Origin: a virus
Taxonomy: Duplodnaviria > Caudoviricetes
Virus record (IMG/VR): IMGVR_UViG_3300046009_002641
Location: 1-62,289 of that record
Reading direction: 5' to 3' (one strand)
DNA: 62,289 bases
The translations under genes were made by a program, and so were the position numbers. The notes below the pieces were generated by a model, which made no database searches, was not told where the DNA came from, and was given only the letters and a program-made list of their open reading frames with translations. Shown here one piece after another: positions 9,633-20,680 of the stretch (positions are counted from its first letter, which is position 1; each line of letters starts with the position of its first letter).

Positions 9633-10253
9633 GTGGCGAATACTTTTGCGCCCTTCGGCTTCCGTCCGATTTCGACCAGCAATGGTCCGATCAATTGGCG
9701 GATTTCTACGCGCCGTGTCGCTTCGTCGGCTGGCGCTATTTACCGTGGCGATGCTGTCGTCCCGGTCACTGGCACTGCTAATGGCTACATCATTCAGGCG
9801 ACCGCTGGTTCGGTTCCGCTGGCGGGTGTGTTCTGGGGTTGTCAGTATCTGTCCACCTCGCAGAAGCGCGTTATCTGGTCGCAGTATTGGCCGGGTTCCG
9901 ACGCGACGGGTGACGTCATCGCTTATGTGATTGACGATCCGAACGCTCGCTTCATCGTCCAGACGTCGGGCGCTTCGTTCCAGATTGGTGGCACGAATAC
10001 GACCTTCACGTCGTCTCCTGTTGGCCAGCTTGCTCAGCTTAACGTCGGCGCGGGTTCGACGACGACGCAGCAGAGCGGCATGTATCTGGACACTGTTGGC
10101 ACGACTGCCACCTATCCGTTCCAGATCGTCGATATGGTTATCGATCCCCCCGGTTCGAACGGTTCCGACGCTACGTCGAACTACAACTATGTCGTCGTTG
10201 GCTTCAACAACGAAATGCTGCGTTCTAACGGCGCAGTGACCGGCATCAGCTAA
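9633..10253 (+). CDS. Capsid decoration/cement protein (putative)
   Basis: AAAGGAG RBS; MAN..APFGFRP start, G.F.GC.Y and V.DDP motifs; immediately before MCP. Confidence 0.7.
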   Translation: MANTFAPFGFRPISTSNGPINWRISTRRVASSAGAIYRGDAVVPVTGTANGYIIQATAGSVPLAGVFWGCQYLSTSQKRVIWSQYWPGSDATGDVIAYVIDDPNARFIVQTSGASFQIGGTNTTFTSSPVGQLAQLNVGAGSTTTQQSGMYLDTVGTTATYPFQIVDMVIDPPGSNGSDATSNYNYVVVGFNNEMLRSNGAVTGIS

Positions 10254-10266
10254 GGAGTAGAGACCA

Positions 10267-11181
10267 ATGGCTGTTAATCTTAGCGCCATCCGCGATCTGC
10301 TCCTTCCGGGGCTTCGCGGCGTTGAGGGTAAATACCCTCAGATCCCGTCTCAGTGGGATAAAGTGTTCGAAAAAGCCAAGTCAAACATGGCTTTGGAACG
10401 CACTGCTGAAATGCGTTACCTTGGCCTTGCCGCTATCAAGACTGAAGGCGGCGCGGTCAGCTTCGATAACAACGCGAGTGAGCGTTACGTCTATAACCAA
10501 GAGCACTACGAAATTGGTTTGGGCTACGCGATCACCCGTAAGGCTATCGACGACAATCTGTATAAGACCCAGTTCACGCCCACGAACCTTGGCCTGATCG
10601 AATCTTTCGGTCAGACGAAGGAGATCTACGGCGCGAACATCCTGAACACTGCGACGACGTATAATGCGTCGGTTGGCGGTGACGGCGTTTCGCTGTGTTC
10701 GACGGCCCATCCGATTGATGGTGCGACGATTGCGAACCGTCCGACCGTCGATGCGGATCTGAACGAAGCTTCGCTGCTTAATGCAATGATCGCCATTCGT
10801 TCGAACTTCAAGGACATCGCTGGCCTGAAGATCTTCGCTCGCGGTCGCAAGCTGATTGTTCCGCCGCAGTTGGAGCCGGTTGCTATTCGTCTGACGAAGA
10901 CGGAACTGCGCCCCGGCACGGCGAACAACGACGTCAATGCCATCCTCACGACCGCTGGCGGTCTGCCGGAAGGCTACATGGTCAACGACTTCTTGACGTC
11001 GCAGTATGCTTGGTTCCTGCTCACCAACATCAAAGGTCTGGTGTATATGGAACGTGTTCCCTATGAAATGGACATGCAGGTCGATTTCACAACTGACAAT
11101 CTGTTGGTTAAGGGCTACGAGCGTTACAGCTTCGGCTACTACAACTGGCGTTCGATCTTCGGTTCGTTCCCGACGTCGTAA
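10267..11181 (+). CDS. Major capsid protein
   Basis: TAAGGAG RBS; LLLPGL, LGYAITRKAIDDNLY, LIVPPQL, ERYSFG..WR motifs; followed by terminator. Confidence 0.9.
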   Translation: MAVNLSAIRDLLLPGLRGVEGKYPQIPSQWDKVFEKAKSNMALERTAEMRYLGLAAIKTEGGAVSFDNNASERYVYNQEHYEIGLGYAITRKAIDDNLYKTQFTPTNLGLIESFGQTKEIYGANILNTATTYNASVGGDGVSLCSTAHPIDGATIANRPTVDADLNEASLLNAMIAIRSNFKDIAGLKIFARGRKLIVPPQLEPVAIRLTKTELRPGTANNDVNAILTTAGGLPEGYMVNDFLTSQYAWFLLTNIKGLVYMERVPYEMDMQVDFTTDNLLVKGYERYSFGYYNWRSIFGSFPTS

Positions 11182-11185
11182 TGAC

Positions 11186-11226
11186 AAAAGCGGGGAGTCA
11201 ACATGGCTCCCCGTTTTCTCTTTTTA
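11186..11226 (+). terminator. Intrinsic terminator after MCP
   Basis: GCGGGGAGTCA/TGGCTCCCCGT stem followed by T-rich tract. Confidence 0.75.
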
Positions 11227-11232
11227 TGAAGG

Positions 11233-12273
11233 ATGGCCGACATGGCTCTCACTAATTTTCCGAATGGCGTCACTTCCTTTGGCGTCCCGGTTATCGGCGG
11301 CATCAATGGCATTCCGCTGACTGGCACTTGGTATTTCGTTGACCCGGCGACGGGTTCGGATGGTAATGAAGGCACTTCGCCTGAATCACCGTTCGCTACG
11401 ATTTATCAGGCTTACAACAAGACTGTTGCTGGCAATAACGACGTTGTCGTTCTTATTGGTAATGGTTCGACAAGTGGCACTGCTCGCATGTCTACGGCTC
11501 TGGCTCAGTCGATTGTTTCGTCTGCCACGACCGGCACGATTACTTGGGCAAAGAATGCTACGCATCTGATCGGCGTCACGGCTCCGACTGGCGTTTCTAA
11601 CCGCGCCCGCTTTGCCCCGCCGACTGGCACCTATACGGCTGCTACGTTCGGCAATAACGGCAATATGTTCAATGTTACGGCTTCTGGCTGTATCTTCGCT
11701 AACTTTTCAGTGTTTAATGGTTTTTCGACCGGCAACGCTGCTCAGATTGCGTGGATTGATGCTGGCGGTCGCAACTACTATAGCGACGTTCAGTTCGGTG
11801 GTTTTGGCGACACGGCTTCGGCTCAGGGCGTCAATGCTCGCGCTCTGAAGGTCACAAGCGGAGAAAACACGTTTGTTAACTGCACGGTTGGCCTTGATAC
11901 GGTCACGCGCACGGTTGCGAACGCGAACCTTGAGCTTGCTTCGGCTGCTGCCCGTAACAAGTTCATCAATTGCGATTTCCCGATCATGACGTCGTCGGCC
12001 AATTCGGTCGCCATCGTCGGCACGGGCGCGGGCGCGATTGACCGCTGGACGAAGTTCCAGAACTGCATGTTCTACAATGCTGTTGATTCGACTTCGACGA
12101 CGATCAGCGCTGTTGCGAACCTCAATGCTGCCGCTGGCGGTAGCCTTGTGTTTAACAACTGCTCTGCCGTTGGCGCGACGAAGTGGGGCGATGCTGGCGC
12201 GCTGGCTAACTCCTATGTCGATAATGCTCCTCCGACTGCCGCGACTTCTGGTCTGGCTGTTAACCCGTCGTAA
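11233..12273 (+). CDS. Head fibre/spike with beta-helix-like domain
   Basis: LTNFPNGVTSFG N-terminus; YFVDP..GSDGNEG.SPESPFATI motif; repeated F.NC turns. Confidence 0.7.
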   Translation: MADMALTNFPNGVTSFGVPVIGGINGIPLTGTWYFVDPATGSDGNEGTSPESPFATIYQAYNKTVAGNNDVVVLIGNGSTSGTARMSTALAQSIVSSATTGTITWAKNATHLIGVTAPTGVSNRARFAPPTGTYTAATFGNNGNMFNVTASGCIFANFSVFNGFSTGNAAQIAWIDAGGRNYYSDVQFGGFGDTASAQGVNARALKVTSGENTFVNCTVGLDTVTRTVANANLELASAAARNKFINCDFPIMTSSANSVAIVGTGAGAIDRWTKFQNCMFYNAVDSTSTTISAVANLNAAAGGSLVFNNCSAVGATKWGDAGALANSYVDNAPPTAATSGLAVNPS

Positions 12274-12288
12274 TGAAAGGGCTTTGTT

Positions 12289-12582
12289 ATGAAAGCTGCT
12301 AAAAGCAAAGTTGAAAGCCCTAAGAAGGGCGTGGTTGTTGGCGATAAGACCCCAAGCATGACCTATGCCGGTGGCGATTCGAACGTCGTCAAAGAAGCCA
12401 AGGCTCGTAAGAGCGGTGGCATGTGCAAGAAAGAAGGCGGTAAGGCCATGGGTAAAGAGGCGATGAAGCGCCTTGATCGCCCGGCCCGCAAGGCTGGTGG
12501 CAAGGTTGGCGCGAATGAGCGTCCGCTTTCGACGGCTGCCCACACTTCGGATCGTCCCGGCGGCGACGTTCAGGAAGCGTAA
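12289..12582 (+). CDS. Small basic protein with 3 xxxGG motifs
   Basis: RKSGG, KKEGG, RKAGG; shares A.KRLD(R/K)..R segment with 6053..7051. Confidence 0.75.
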   Translation: MKAAKSKVESPKKGVVVGDKTPSMTYAGGDSNVVKEAKARKSGGMCKKEGGKAMGKEAMKRLDRPARKAGGKVGANERPLSTAAHTSDRPGGDVQEA

Positions 12583-12587
12583 GAACA

Positions 12588-12614
12588 GAGGGGCCGCCTA
12601 GTGCGGCCCTTTCT
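12588..12614 (+). terminator. Intrinsic terminator
   Basis: GGGCCGC/GCGGCCC stem then TTTCT. Confidence 0.6.
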
Positions 12615-12647
12615 CCATATGCGGTATTGATGCTTAAGGATTAAATC

Positions 12648-13304
12648 ATGCAGCCGATTTCGGTTACTGTTGGCCCGCTTGACGCGGCTGATGACAATGG
12701 CATTGCTCAGAGCCAGACGACTGCCGGTGCGGCTAACTTAACGCTGAATGGCGCTTTGGTTTCTGGTGGTGTCGCCACGTTTGATACGCCGCGTCAGGTG
12801 GTTATCACCAGCGGCGGCAATGACTCTGGAATTAACTTTACGGTTTACGGGACCACCTATGGCGGAGCTTCGGTCACGGAAGTTGTTGCCGGGACCAGTG
12901 GCAGCACATCGACCACAAAGACAGATTTTGCGACCGTTACTCGCATTGCTACTTCGGGAGCGACAAGCGCTTCCGGCGTTATTGCTGGGACGAACGGAGT
13001 TGCTGGATCGCGCTGGGTTCGGCTGGATAGCTGGGCTTTCCCGCGGACAGCCATTCAGGTGAATGCGACTGGCACGGTTAACTGGACGCTTCAGATCACG
13101 ATGGACGACCCGAACAGTCCCACAAACCCTGTCGCTATACCTAATGTCACTTGGCTGAACACCAATGATTCTGACGCCGTAACTGCGATTGGCGATGTGT
13201 TCACCAACTTTGATTGGACGCCGACTTGGTCGCGCATTCTTCTGAATAGCGGGACTGGCAGCGTTACGGCGACATATGCTCAGTTTAACGTGGTGTCGAA
13301 ATGA
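12648..13304 (+). CDS. Virion structural protein
   Basis: TAAGGA RBS; beta-rich, T/G/S-rich; structural operon. Confidence 0.7.
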   Translation: MQPISVTVGPLDAADDNGIAQSQTTAGAANLTLNGALVSGGVATFDTPRQVVITSGGNDSGINFTVYGTTYGGASVTEVVAGTSGSTSTTKTDFATVTRIATSGATSASGVIAGTNGVAGSRWVRLDSWAFPRTAIQVNATGTVNWTLQITMDDPNSPTNPVAIPNVTWLNTNDSDAVTAIGDVFTNFDWTPTWSRILLNSGTGSVTATYAQFNVVSK

Positions 13305-13615
13305 CCGGACCTGCATACGTTCCGGGGTCGTCAGTTGCAAGCACGACGCTCCCGCTTACAAACAAGACGGGAACGTATGTTATTGACAATACGGACTGCG
13401 TCATCAACTGCACGAGCAATACCTTCACGGTCACACTGCCGACTGCGGTTGGCCTTGAAGGAAAATATTTTATCATCAAGAACAGAGGATCTGGCGTCAT
13501 TACGGTTGACGCAGATGGGTCCGAAACAATTGATGGTTTGGCGAATAAGCTCTTAGCAATTCAAAATGAATCCATTACGGTTATATCGGATGGATCAAAC
13601 TGGATTATCGTCTGA
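13301..13615 (+). CDS. Small structural/fibre protein
   Basis: TVTLP...IKN...ETIDG...SDGSNW motif common in fibre modules. Confidence 0.7.
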   Translation: MTGPAYVPGSSVASTTLPLTNKTGTYVIDNTDCVINCTSNTFTVTLPTAVGLEGKYFIIKNRGSGVITVDADGSETIDGLANKLLAIQNESITVISDGSNWIIV

Positions 13616-14103
13616 TGTCTTATCACGTTGCTCCAGTTCCGTTTGCCACGTTTGCTTCGTCTCTGACGCAATCTGTGGCGTCAGCGCCTTCCGCTCAACC
13701 TATTACCTACAATCAAAATCTTGGTAGTAAGGGTATTTCTCTTATTTCTGGATCGCGCATACAGCTTCCTCAGCCGGGCAACTACTGTTTGACCTTTTCG
13801 GTAATTGGTCACAACAGCGGTTCTGCTTCGGCAAAATGGCTTAATATATTCCTTCGTAGGAACGGCAATATATTAGACAATTCCAGCACTATTGTTGCGA
13901 CGAAGAAAGATGAGCCCGTGACGGTTGTGGCGACGTTTAATGTCGAATGCACGACCTCCGGTGAGTATTATGAATTGATGCTTGCCGGTCAGGATACCGG
14001 ATCTCAGATTTTGGCTACTGCGGCTCAGGCTGCTGTTCCGGGCGTCTCTCCCGCTATGCCTGCTTGCCCGTCAGTTCTTGTTGCAGTTTGGCAGATCGAC
14101 TAA
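13615..14103 (+). CDS. C1q/BclA-like jelly-roll fibre head protein (putative)
   Basis: RIQLPQPGNY.LTFS...GEYYEL pattern. Confidence 0.55.
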   Translation: MSYHVAPVPFATFASSLTQSVASAPSAQPITYNQNLGSKGISLISGSRIQLPQPGNYCLTFSVIGHNSGSASAKWLNIFLRRNGNILDNSSTIVATKKDEPVTVVATFNVECTTSGEYYELMLAGQDTGSQILATAAQAAVPGVSPAMPACPSVLVAVWQID

Positions 14104-14112
14104 GGATAGCCG

Positions 14113-14790
14113 ATGTCTACCAGTGGGACTTATGCGTTCGCGCCTAATCTGGGCGACTTGGTCATCAATGCTTTTGCAAAATGCGGTGTTCGTCGCACTG
14201 ATTTGACTAATCAGCATATGTCTGACGCGCGTTTTGAAGCTAATCTGATGATGTCGGATTGGGCCGGAGACGGAATCAATCTTTGGCAAGTTCAAAGCGC
14301 AACTATCCCGTTGGCTCAAGGCATATCATCTTACCCAATTCCGTCCGACAGAGTGTTCATTCTTGACGTTTACATAACTCAAAATGGTTTTGATCGGCTG
14401 ATCTTCCCGATTTCGCGTTCTGATTATGCGTCTTTTGCTCAAAAAAACCTTCAGGGCTACCCGACAAGCTTTTGGTTTGACCGCCTAATTGACCCGAATC
14501 TATATGTTTGGCCGGTCCCGGATAGCAGCACAAGCTATATCTTGACGTATTACTACATGCGGCAGGCTATGGACTCAGAATTGACTAACGGAACGCAGCC
14601 TGAAGTGCCGTGGTATTACCTAAACGCCTTTGCGGATGGGTTGGCTGCGCGTCTGGCGTATATCTATGCTCCTGATAAGGTCGCTGTTCTTCAGCCAAAG
14701 GCCGATAAATCGTGGTTTAGAGCGCTTCAGGTTGGCACTGAAAACGTCCCGGTTACGATGAACGTCCAAATGAGGGGCTATTTTAGATGA
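14113..14790 (+). CDS. Head-tail adaptor (tail tubular A / P22 gp4-like)
   Basis: W...GINLW, ISRSDY..., G.P..FW.DR, VWPVPD motifs. Confidence 0.75.
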   Translation: MSTSGTYAFAPNLGDLVINAFAKCGVRRTDLTNQHMSDARFEANLMMSDWAGDGINLWQVQSATIPLAQGISSYPIPSDRVFILDVYITQNGFDRLIFPISRSDYASFAQKNLQGYPTSFWFDRLIDPNLYVWPVPDSSTSYILTYYYMRQAMDSELTNGTQPEVPWYYLNAFADGLAARLAYIYAPDKVAVLQPKADKSWFRALQVGTENVPVTMNVQMRGYFR

Positions 14791-15491
14791 GCCTGCCTCA
14801 CGGTCGCGCAAAAGTCAGTTCGACAAGCCCTAGAGCTTTTGCGATCTGCGACCGCTGTGGTTTTCTCTACAATCATCGTGATTTGCATTGGCAATATGAC
14901 TTTCGCGGTCGTTCTCTCGCCAATTTGCGTATCTTGGTGTGCGAAACGTGCGAAGATACGCCTCAGAATCAGCTTAAGCCGCGTATTATCCCGCCCGATC
15001 CTGTGCCGATTAGCAATGCTAGGCCGGAACGGTATCAGCAATACGAAACGGATGCCCGGACCACGCAGGGGAACGCGGTCGATTTTTGGACTGGGCTTCC
15101 TGTTGCGGGTGGCGATACCCGTGTCACGCAAACCAATAATACCAGAACCACACAAGCTACCGGTGAGCCGCCTTATGGGCTGGATAACACGCCGGGAACT
15201 AGCTTTCAGGTTCCGGGCAATGACGAATTGGGCGCTACTCAGGGCCTGCCCTACGGATACACGGAAATACCCCAGACTGGGCCGCTTACGCCTTACAGCG
15301 TTATGGGTATCTGGGGGACCATTGATGCCGGGCAGGCAAATTGGTCGAATGCAATTGGCGGGATCGTTAGCTGGACTGATAGAGCCGCTAACCCGATTAC
15401 GACAACTTGGGCAAACAACGCTAACGGCAATATTAATTGGGCAAATTCTGTTAATATGACCGTAAGCTGGAACAACGAAAACTGGGAATGA
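14787..15491 (+). CDS. Zn-ribbon-containing structural-region protein with Trp/Asn repeat tail
   Basis: CDRCG...VCETC...PQ...P.P...RP; C-terminal W-x-N repeats. Confidence 0.7.
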   Translation: MSLPHGRAKVSSTSPRAFAICDRCGFLYNHRDLHWQYDFRGRSLANLRILVCETCEDTPQNQLKPRIIPPDPVPISNARPERYQQYETDARTTQGNAVDFWTGLPVAGGDTRVTQTNNTRTTQATGEPPYGLDNTPGTSFQVPGNDELGATQGLPYGYTEIPQTGPLTPYSVMGIWGTIDAGQANWSNAIGGIVSWTDRAANPITTTWANNANGNINWANSVNMTVSWNNENWE

Positions 15492-15498
15492 GGCGACA

Positions 15499-16512
15499 AT
15501 GGCTGTCCCGTATATCTTCGCAAATGTTTTAGGCGGAACTGCTATCCCGCTTTCTCAGCTTGACGCCAATTTTGATGCGATCTTAAACAATGGCGCGTTT
15601 ACCGGAACGACGTCTTTTGTGAATATCACTGTTAGCGGGACGGCTGTTTTTGCGACCACTCTTTCGGTTGCTGGGCACGTTACGCTTGAGGGCGTGACAT
15701 CTTCTGGCGCTACGGGAACGGGCAATATCGTTTTTGCTACGGCTCCGACACTTTCGTCTCCGACGTTTACGACTCCTGTTCTTGGGACGCCTTCTAGCGG
15801 CACATTGACCAATTGCTCCGGATTGCCGCTTTCTTCCGGAATCTCCGGGTTTGGATCTAACGTCGCTACGGCTCTTGCGGTTGCCGTCGGCTCCGCTGGC
15901 GCTCCGGTTATCAATGGTGGAGTCCTTGGAACGCCTTCGTCTGGCGTTCTGACAAACTGCACTGGCCTACCGATTAGCTCTGGTGTAAGCGGTCTAGGAA
16001 CCGGAATTTCTACTTTCCTTTCCCTTCCCACATCAGCCAATCTTGCTTCCGCTGTTTCGGATGAGACTGGTAGCGGCGCGCTTGTTTTTGCCAATACGCC
16101 TACGCTGGTTACGCCTAACATTGGCGCAGCTACCGGAACAAGCCTTGCGGCTACCGGGCTTATTAGATCGTCAAGTTCTTCGGCTGGTATTGGCTATGCG
16201 ACTGGCGCTGGCAGCACGGTCACGCAGGGAACAAGCCGAACGACTGGCGTTACGATTGATGCTGTTAGCGGAGCGATTACTTTGTTTTCTGCCGCCGGTT
16301 CGGCAACTCCCGCCAGCTTCACTGTGACAAATAGCGCTGTCGCAGCCACTGACGTTATTATAGTTAACCAGAAGTCTGGCACAGACAAATATATAATTGC
16401 AGTTACGGCTGTTGCTGCTGGTAGCTTCCAGATTACTTCTTATACGACTGGCGGAACGACGACTGAGCAGCCTGTATTTAATTTCGCTGTCATTAAAGCC
16501 GTCGCTGCGTAA
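15499..16512 (+). CDS. Tail fibre protein
   Basis: [11 protein letters not shown]-terminus; LGTPSSG.LTNC.GLP repeats; [11 protein letters not shown]. Confidence 0.8.
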   Translation: MAVPYIFANVLGGTAIPLSQLDANFDAILNNGAFTGTTSFVNITVSGTAVFATTLSVAGHVTLEGVTSSGATGTGNIVFATAPTLSSPTFTTPVLGTPSSGTLTNCSGLPLSSGISGFGSNVATALAVAVGSAGAPVINGGVLGTPSSGVLTNCTGLPISSGVSGLGTGISTFLSLPTSANLASAVSDETGSGALVFANTPTLVTPNIGAATGTSLAATGLIRSSSSSAGIGYATGAGSTVTQGTSRTTGVTIDAVSGAITLFSAAGSATPASFTVTNSAVAATDVIIVNQKSGTDKYIIAVTAVAAGSFQITSYTTGGTTTEQPVFNFAVIKAVAA

Positions 16513-16523
16513 GGAAAAAGCCC

Positions 16524-19232
16524 GTGGCAAACTCCCAAATACCGAATTTAACTCCGGTAGTATCGCTCTCGCCTAATGCGGAGTTGGAGATTGTTCAGGA
16601 TGGCGTAACCTATCGCACGACTGCGGGCGCTATTGCGAATGTCTCTCCCGGTCCGACAGGTCCGACAGGCGCCGGTCCAACCGGTCCCACCGGCCCCACG
16701 GGAGCCACGGGACAGATCGGCCCCACGGGCGCAGCTTCAACTGTTCAAGGCCCCACGGGCGCGGCGGGGCCTCAGGGCGTCACGGGGCCCGCTGGGCCCA
16801 CCGGAAGCCAAGGAAATATTGGACCCACGGGAGCTTCTATTACAGGCCCCACGGGTCCGACAGGCGCAACTGGAGCAGCTTCAACTGTTCCGGGTCCGAC
16901 AGGACCGACGGGGTTAAGCATTACGGGCCCCACGGGCGCGACTGGCCCCGGTGGCGCGGTTGGGCCTCAAGGTTTGTCGATTACTGGCCCCACGGGTCCG
17001 ACTGGCCCTGCTGGCACGGCTTCTGCGGCTGGATCGGCCTATCAGGTTCAGTTTAACAATGGCGCTGGTCAGCTTGACGCTTCTGCTGGCATTCAGACTG
17101 ATGGCGCTAACCAAATTACGCTTGGCGTTCAACAGACGTCTGCTGGCGCTCTTAATATAGCAAACACTGCGGCGGGAGCTTATCAGTTAACGCTAGCCTC
17201 TTCGTCTAGCGCTACGCAGGGCTGGACACTTGTTTTCCCACCGACTGCCGGCACCAACAACTATTTGCTAACCACAAATGGCTCAGGTGTTACATCTTGG
17301 ACTAATCCCACAGCGTTGGGGATTGATCTTGATATTGGCGGAACGTCCATCACGGGCGGCACAACGACACGTATTTTGTATGACAATGCCGGTGTTTTGG
17401 GTGAATATGCCATAACTGGCACGGGCGACGTTGTGATGAACAACAGCCCGACGTTTGTTGATGACGCTACATTTGGCTCACAGCAGACGACTCAGGGCGC
17501 TCTTATTCTGGCGAATACGGCAGCGGGCGCATATTCGACTACTATCAAATCGTCGAATAGCGCATCTGCGGCTTGGACCCTGACTCTCCCGACGACTTCC
17601 GGCACCAGTAATTATGTCCTGACGACGGACGGATCTGGCGTTACAAGCTGGACAAGCGTTGGCAGCATTGGCGTTTCTTCGTTCAGCGGAAATACGACCG
17701 GACTTACCCCGTCAACCCCGACAGTGGGGGCAATTTCCCTTGGCGGGACACTGAACGTCGGCCATGGCGGCACAGGCCAGACGACGCTTACGGTTCATGG
17801 TCTTTTGATTGGCAATGCGACTAGCGGCATTAACGCTATGTCTGCGGGTTCCGCTGGACAGCTTGTGACTTCTGGTGGGGCGTCTGCTGATCCTGTTTGG
17901 ACGACGGCTACTTATCCTTCGACGGCTACTGGAACTGGCAAGCTTCTTCAGGCTAACGGCACTAACTGGGTTGCGACGACCGCCGCCTATCCCGGAACGG
18001 CGACAAGCTCCGGGACGCTTTTACAAGCCAATGGCACTGATTGGGTTGCGACGACGGCTACCTATCCGGGGACGGCCACAAGCTCAGGCACAATGCTTCG
18101 GGCTAATGGCACAAACTGGGTCGCTTCCACCAATACCTATGTCGATACGGCGGCGGCTGGCACGTTCTTGGTTGCGGCTACGTCTAATACGATTACGGCG
18201 TCTGCCACCCCGACGTTGGGTGTCCAGCAGACTACGCAGGGTAGCCTGACGCTGGCCAATACTGCGGCTGGCTCCTATGCGGTTACGCTGCAATCAAGCA
18301 ATAGTTCGACGGCGGCGGCTACCTATACCCTTCCGACGTCTGCCCCTGCTGGCAATGGCTACGTTTTAGCATCGTCTACCGCTGGCGTTATGTCTTGGAC
18401 GGACCCGGCGACGATTGGCGGCGTAACGTCATTTAGCGCTGGAACAACCGGCCTTACGCCTTCCAGCCCGACGACTGGGGCTATTACCCTTGGCGGCACT
18501 CTTGCCGTTGGGAATGGCGGCACAGGCCAAACTACGCTGACGATCCATGGCGTTCTTATTGGCAATTCAACCAGCGGAATCAACGCCACATCGGCTGGAA
18601 CGCAGTATCAGATCCTTCAGTCCGGCGGCGCTTCGGCTGATCCGACATGGTCTACGGCTACTTATCCGGCTACGGCGACTGGCACTGGGTCGATTCTTCG
18701 CGCTGATGGAACAAACTGGTCGGCTACAACGGCGACGTATCCCAATACGACGACCGCAAATCAGATCCTGTATTCCAGCGCCAATAATACGATTACCGGA
18801 CTCACATCCGGCAATGGTGGATTTTTAAACACCAACAGCAGCGGCGTTCCTTCAATAACGGCTACGCCTACGCTTGGCGTCCAGCAGACGACACAAGGCA
18901 CGTTGACGCTGGCGAATACGGCGGCGGGCGCGTTTCCGGTCACGGTTCAGTCGTCAAATAGCACTAGCGCGGCTTGGACGCTTACGTTGCCGACGACGGC
19001 TGGCACGGCCAACTACTTCCTTCAGACGAATGGCTCTGGCGTCACCACATGGGCGGCGGCTGGCGGGGCTACCGGCGGCGGTTCAGATCAGATATTCTAT
19101 CTCAATGGTCAGACCGTTACGACTAATTATACCATACCCGACAACAACAACGCTGGCACATTTGGACCGGTCACTATAAACAATAGCGTTACGGTCACGG
19201 TTGGCGACGGCGAAAGCTGGACTATAGTCTGA
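16524..19232 (+). CDS. Long tail fibre with collagen-like (G-X-Y) segment and internal repeats
   Basis: GPT/GAT triplets ~16650-17015; four QQT..G.L..ANTAAG repeats; ANGTNW repeats. Confidence 0.85.
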   Translation: MANSQIPNLTPVVSLSPNAELEIVQDGVTYRTTAGAIANVSPGPTGPTGAGPTGPTGPTGATGQIGPTGAASTVQGPTGAAGPQGVTGPAGPTGSQGNIGPTGASITGPTGPTGATGAASTVPGPTGPTGLSITGPTGATGPGGAVGPQGLSITGPTGPTGPAGTASAAGSAYQVQFNNGAGQLDASAGIQTDGANQITLGVQQTSAGALNIANTAAGAYQLTLASSSSATQGWTLVFPPTAGTNNYLLTTNGSGVTSWTNPTALGIDLDIGGTSITGGTTTRILYDNAGVLGEYAITGTGDVVMNNSPTFVDDATFGSQQTTQGALILANTAAGAYSTTIKSSNSASAAWTLTLPTTSGTSNYVLTTDGSGVTSWTSVGSIGVSSFSGNTTGLTPSTPTVGAISLGGTLNVGHGGTGQTTLTVHGLLIGNATSGINAMSAGSAGQLVTSGGASADPVWTTATYPSTATGTGKLLQANGTNWVATTAAYPGTATSSGTLLQANGTDWVATTATYPGTATSSGTMLRANGTNWVASTNTYVDTAAAGTFLVAATSNTITASATPTLGVQQTTQGSLTLANTAAGSYAVTLQSSNSSTAAATYTLPTSAPAGNGYVLASSTAGVMSWTDPATIGGVTSFSAGTTGLTPSSPTTGAITLGGTLAVGNGGTGQTTLTIHGVLIGNSTSGINATSAGTQYQILQSGGASADPTWSTATYPATATGTGSILRADGTNWSATTATYPNTTTANQILYSSANNTITGLTSGNGGFLNTNSSGVPSITATPTLGVQQTTQGTLTLANTAAGAFPVTVQSSNSTSAAWTLTLPTTAGTANYFLQTNGSGVTTWAAAGGATGGGSDQIFYLNGQTVTTNYTIPDNNNAGTFGPVTINNSVTVTVGDGESWTIV

Positions 19233-19735
19233 TGAGTAGCATTAGAATTATCCCGGAAAAAGAGCTTAAGCTTATCAGTGATTCTTGGGCATTATTTGGG
19301 GGTGAGATCTACTGGAAAACCGGAAGGTCAAGGGGAAAGATTGCATGCTCAACTAGTCGCAAGAGCGGCCATGAGAATGTTTATCTTACCGTTGATGGGA
19401 AGCTTCGCGGATATGTAAAGTCAAGAATAATTTGGTTTCTCCGGACAGGGGAGTATCCATATCTTTTGGTGGAGCATAAAGATTGCAACCCTAAAAACAA
19501 CTCAGTCGAAAATCTGAGGCTTGCGACACAATCTCAAAACATGGCGAATATCCAAGTTGGAAGGACCGGCAAGCACAAAAAGGGCGTTTACTTGGACAAA
19601 AGAGTCGGCAAGTATTATGCTCAGGTTCAGAAAGACGGCAGAGTTTTCTCAAAAACTGGGTTTGCCACATTCGATGAAGCATATGCTGTCAGGCAGCAAA
19701 TGGCTGATAAGCTGTTTGGCGAATTTGCAAGGTGA
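19232..19735 (+). mobile_element. HNH(-AP2-like) homing endonuclease gene
   Basis: EHKDCNPKNNSVENLRLATQSQNMAN plus KGVY...KYYAQV; AT-richer; interrupts the fibre cluster. Confidence 0.85.
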
Positions 19736-19738
19736 AAA

Positions 19739-20356
19739 ATGGGTGACTTAGTTCTCAAGGGCGCAACGTCCGGTCAAATTACTCTGACGCCGACTGCTAT
19801 TGCAGGGACGAACACGCTTACTGTTCCGGCTGAAACAGGCACTATTATTACGTCTGCGACGTCTACAAGGATCATTTCTGCCGCTGCGGTTCCGGCTGGA
19901 TCTGTGGTTCAAGTGGTCAATTATCAGACCGGCGCGGTTGCGACTGGCTCAACGACAATACCGTTTGACGATACAATACCTCAAAATACTGAGGGAAATG
20001 AATTTATGACTTTGGCTATTACGCCTAAGTCGGCAACAAACAAATTGAGAATTGACGCCATAGGATATTTTGCCGTTCCATCTGGCAGCTATTATTTCAC
20101 GATGGCTTTATTCCAAGATACGACAGCCAATGCTTTGGCTTCAGCAACATTTACTCCTGTTACAAACTTTGGCGGCCTGCCATTTGTTTTGCCATTAACT
20201 TATTATATGACCTCAGGGACTACATCATCTACTACATTTAAAATTAGAGCCGGTTCAAGTTTCTCTCAAACAACCACATTCAATGGCGCTGGCGGCAGTC
20301 GTTATTATGGAGGTTCTTTGTCATCTTGCATTACTATTACTGAGATAGCGGGGTAG
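19739..20356 (+). CDS. Tail fibre / receptor-binding module
   Basis: LKGATSGQITL..., GSVVQVV, ITPKSATNK, S.ITITEIAG. Confidence 0.75.
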   Translation: MGDLVLKGATSGQITLTPTAIAGTNTLTVPAETGTIITSATSTRIISAAAVPAGSVVQVVNYQTGAVATGSTTIPFDDTIPQNTEGNEFMTLAITPKSATNKLRIDAIGYFAVPSGSYYFTMALFQDTTANALASATFTPVTNFGGLPFVLPLTYYMTSGTTSSTTFKIRAGSSFSQTTTFNGAGGSRYYGGSLSSCITITEIAG

Positions 20357-20359
20357 CAA

Positions 20360-20680
20360 ATGCCCATAACTCTTAACGGTTCTACTGGCGAGATATTCCC
20401 TAGCTGGACCACGGCTGGACGCCCTGCGTCTCCTACGGCTGGACAGACAGGCTATAACTCCACCCTTGGCCAGCTTGAGACTTGGAATGGCACATACTGG
20501 ATACAGGGCGGAGGCGCTACCGGCGCTGGCTCTGATCAGGTGTTCTATCTGAATGGACAATCGGTTAATACGACATATTCTATCCCCTCAGGGAAAAGCG
20601 CAAGCAGCACAGGCCCTATTACTATCGCCAGTGGTGTTGTTGTGACTGTTCCTTCTGGTAGCCGCTGGGTGGTGCTGTAA
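20360..20680 (+). CDS. Tail fibre module paralogous to C-terminus of 16524..19232
   Basis: WTTAGRPASP..G..GYN; GGATG.GSDQ.FYLNGQ...GP.TI...VTV..W. Confidence 0.8.
   Translation: MPITLNGSTGEIFPSWTTAGRPASPTAGQTGYNSTLGQLETWNGTYWIQGGGATGAGSDQVFYLNGQSVNTTYSIPSGKSASSTGPITIASGVVVTVPSGSRWVVL

Noticed and set aside
10438-10458. KTEGGAV in the major capsid protein as a GG-system site
   Set aside because: It lies within the folded capsid sequence rather than at a low-complexity boundary; not counted.
16650-19100. Tandem repeats resembling a CRISPR array or DGR template/variable pair
   Set aside because: In-frame protein repeats with synonymous variation; no constant repeat-spacer pattern, cas genes or reverse transcriptase.
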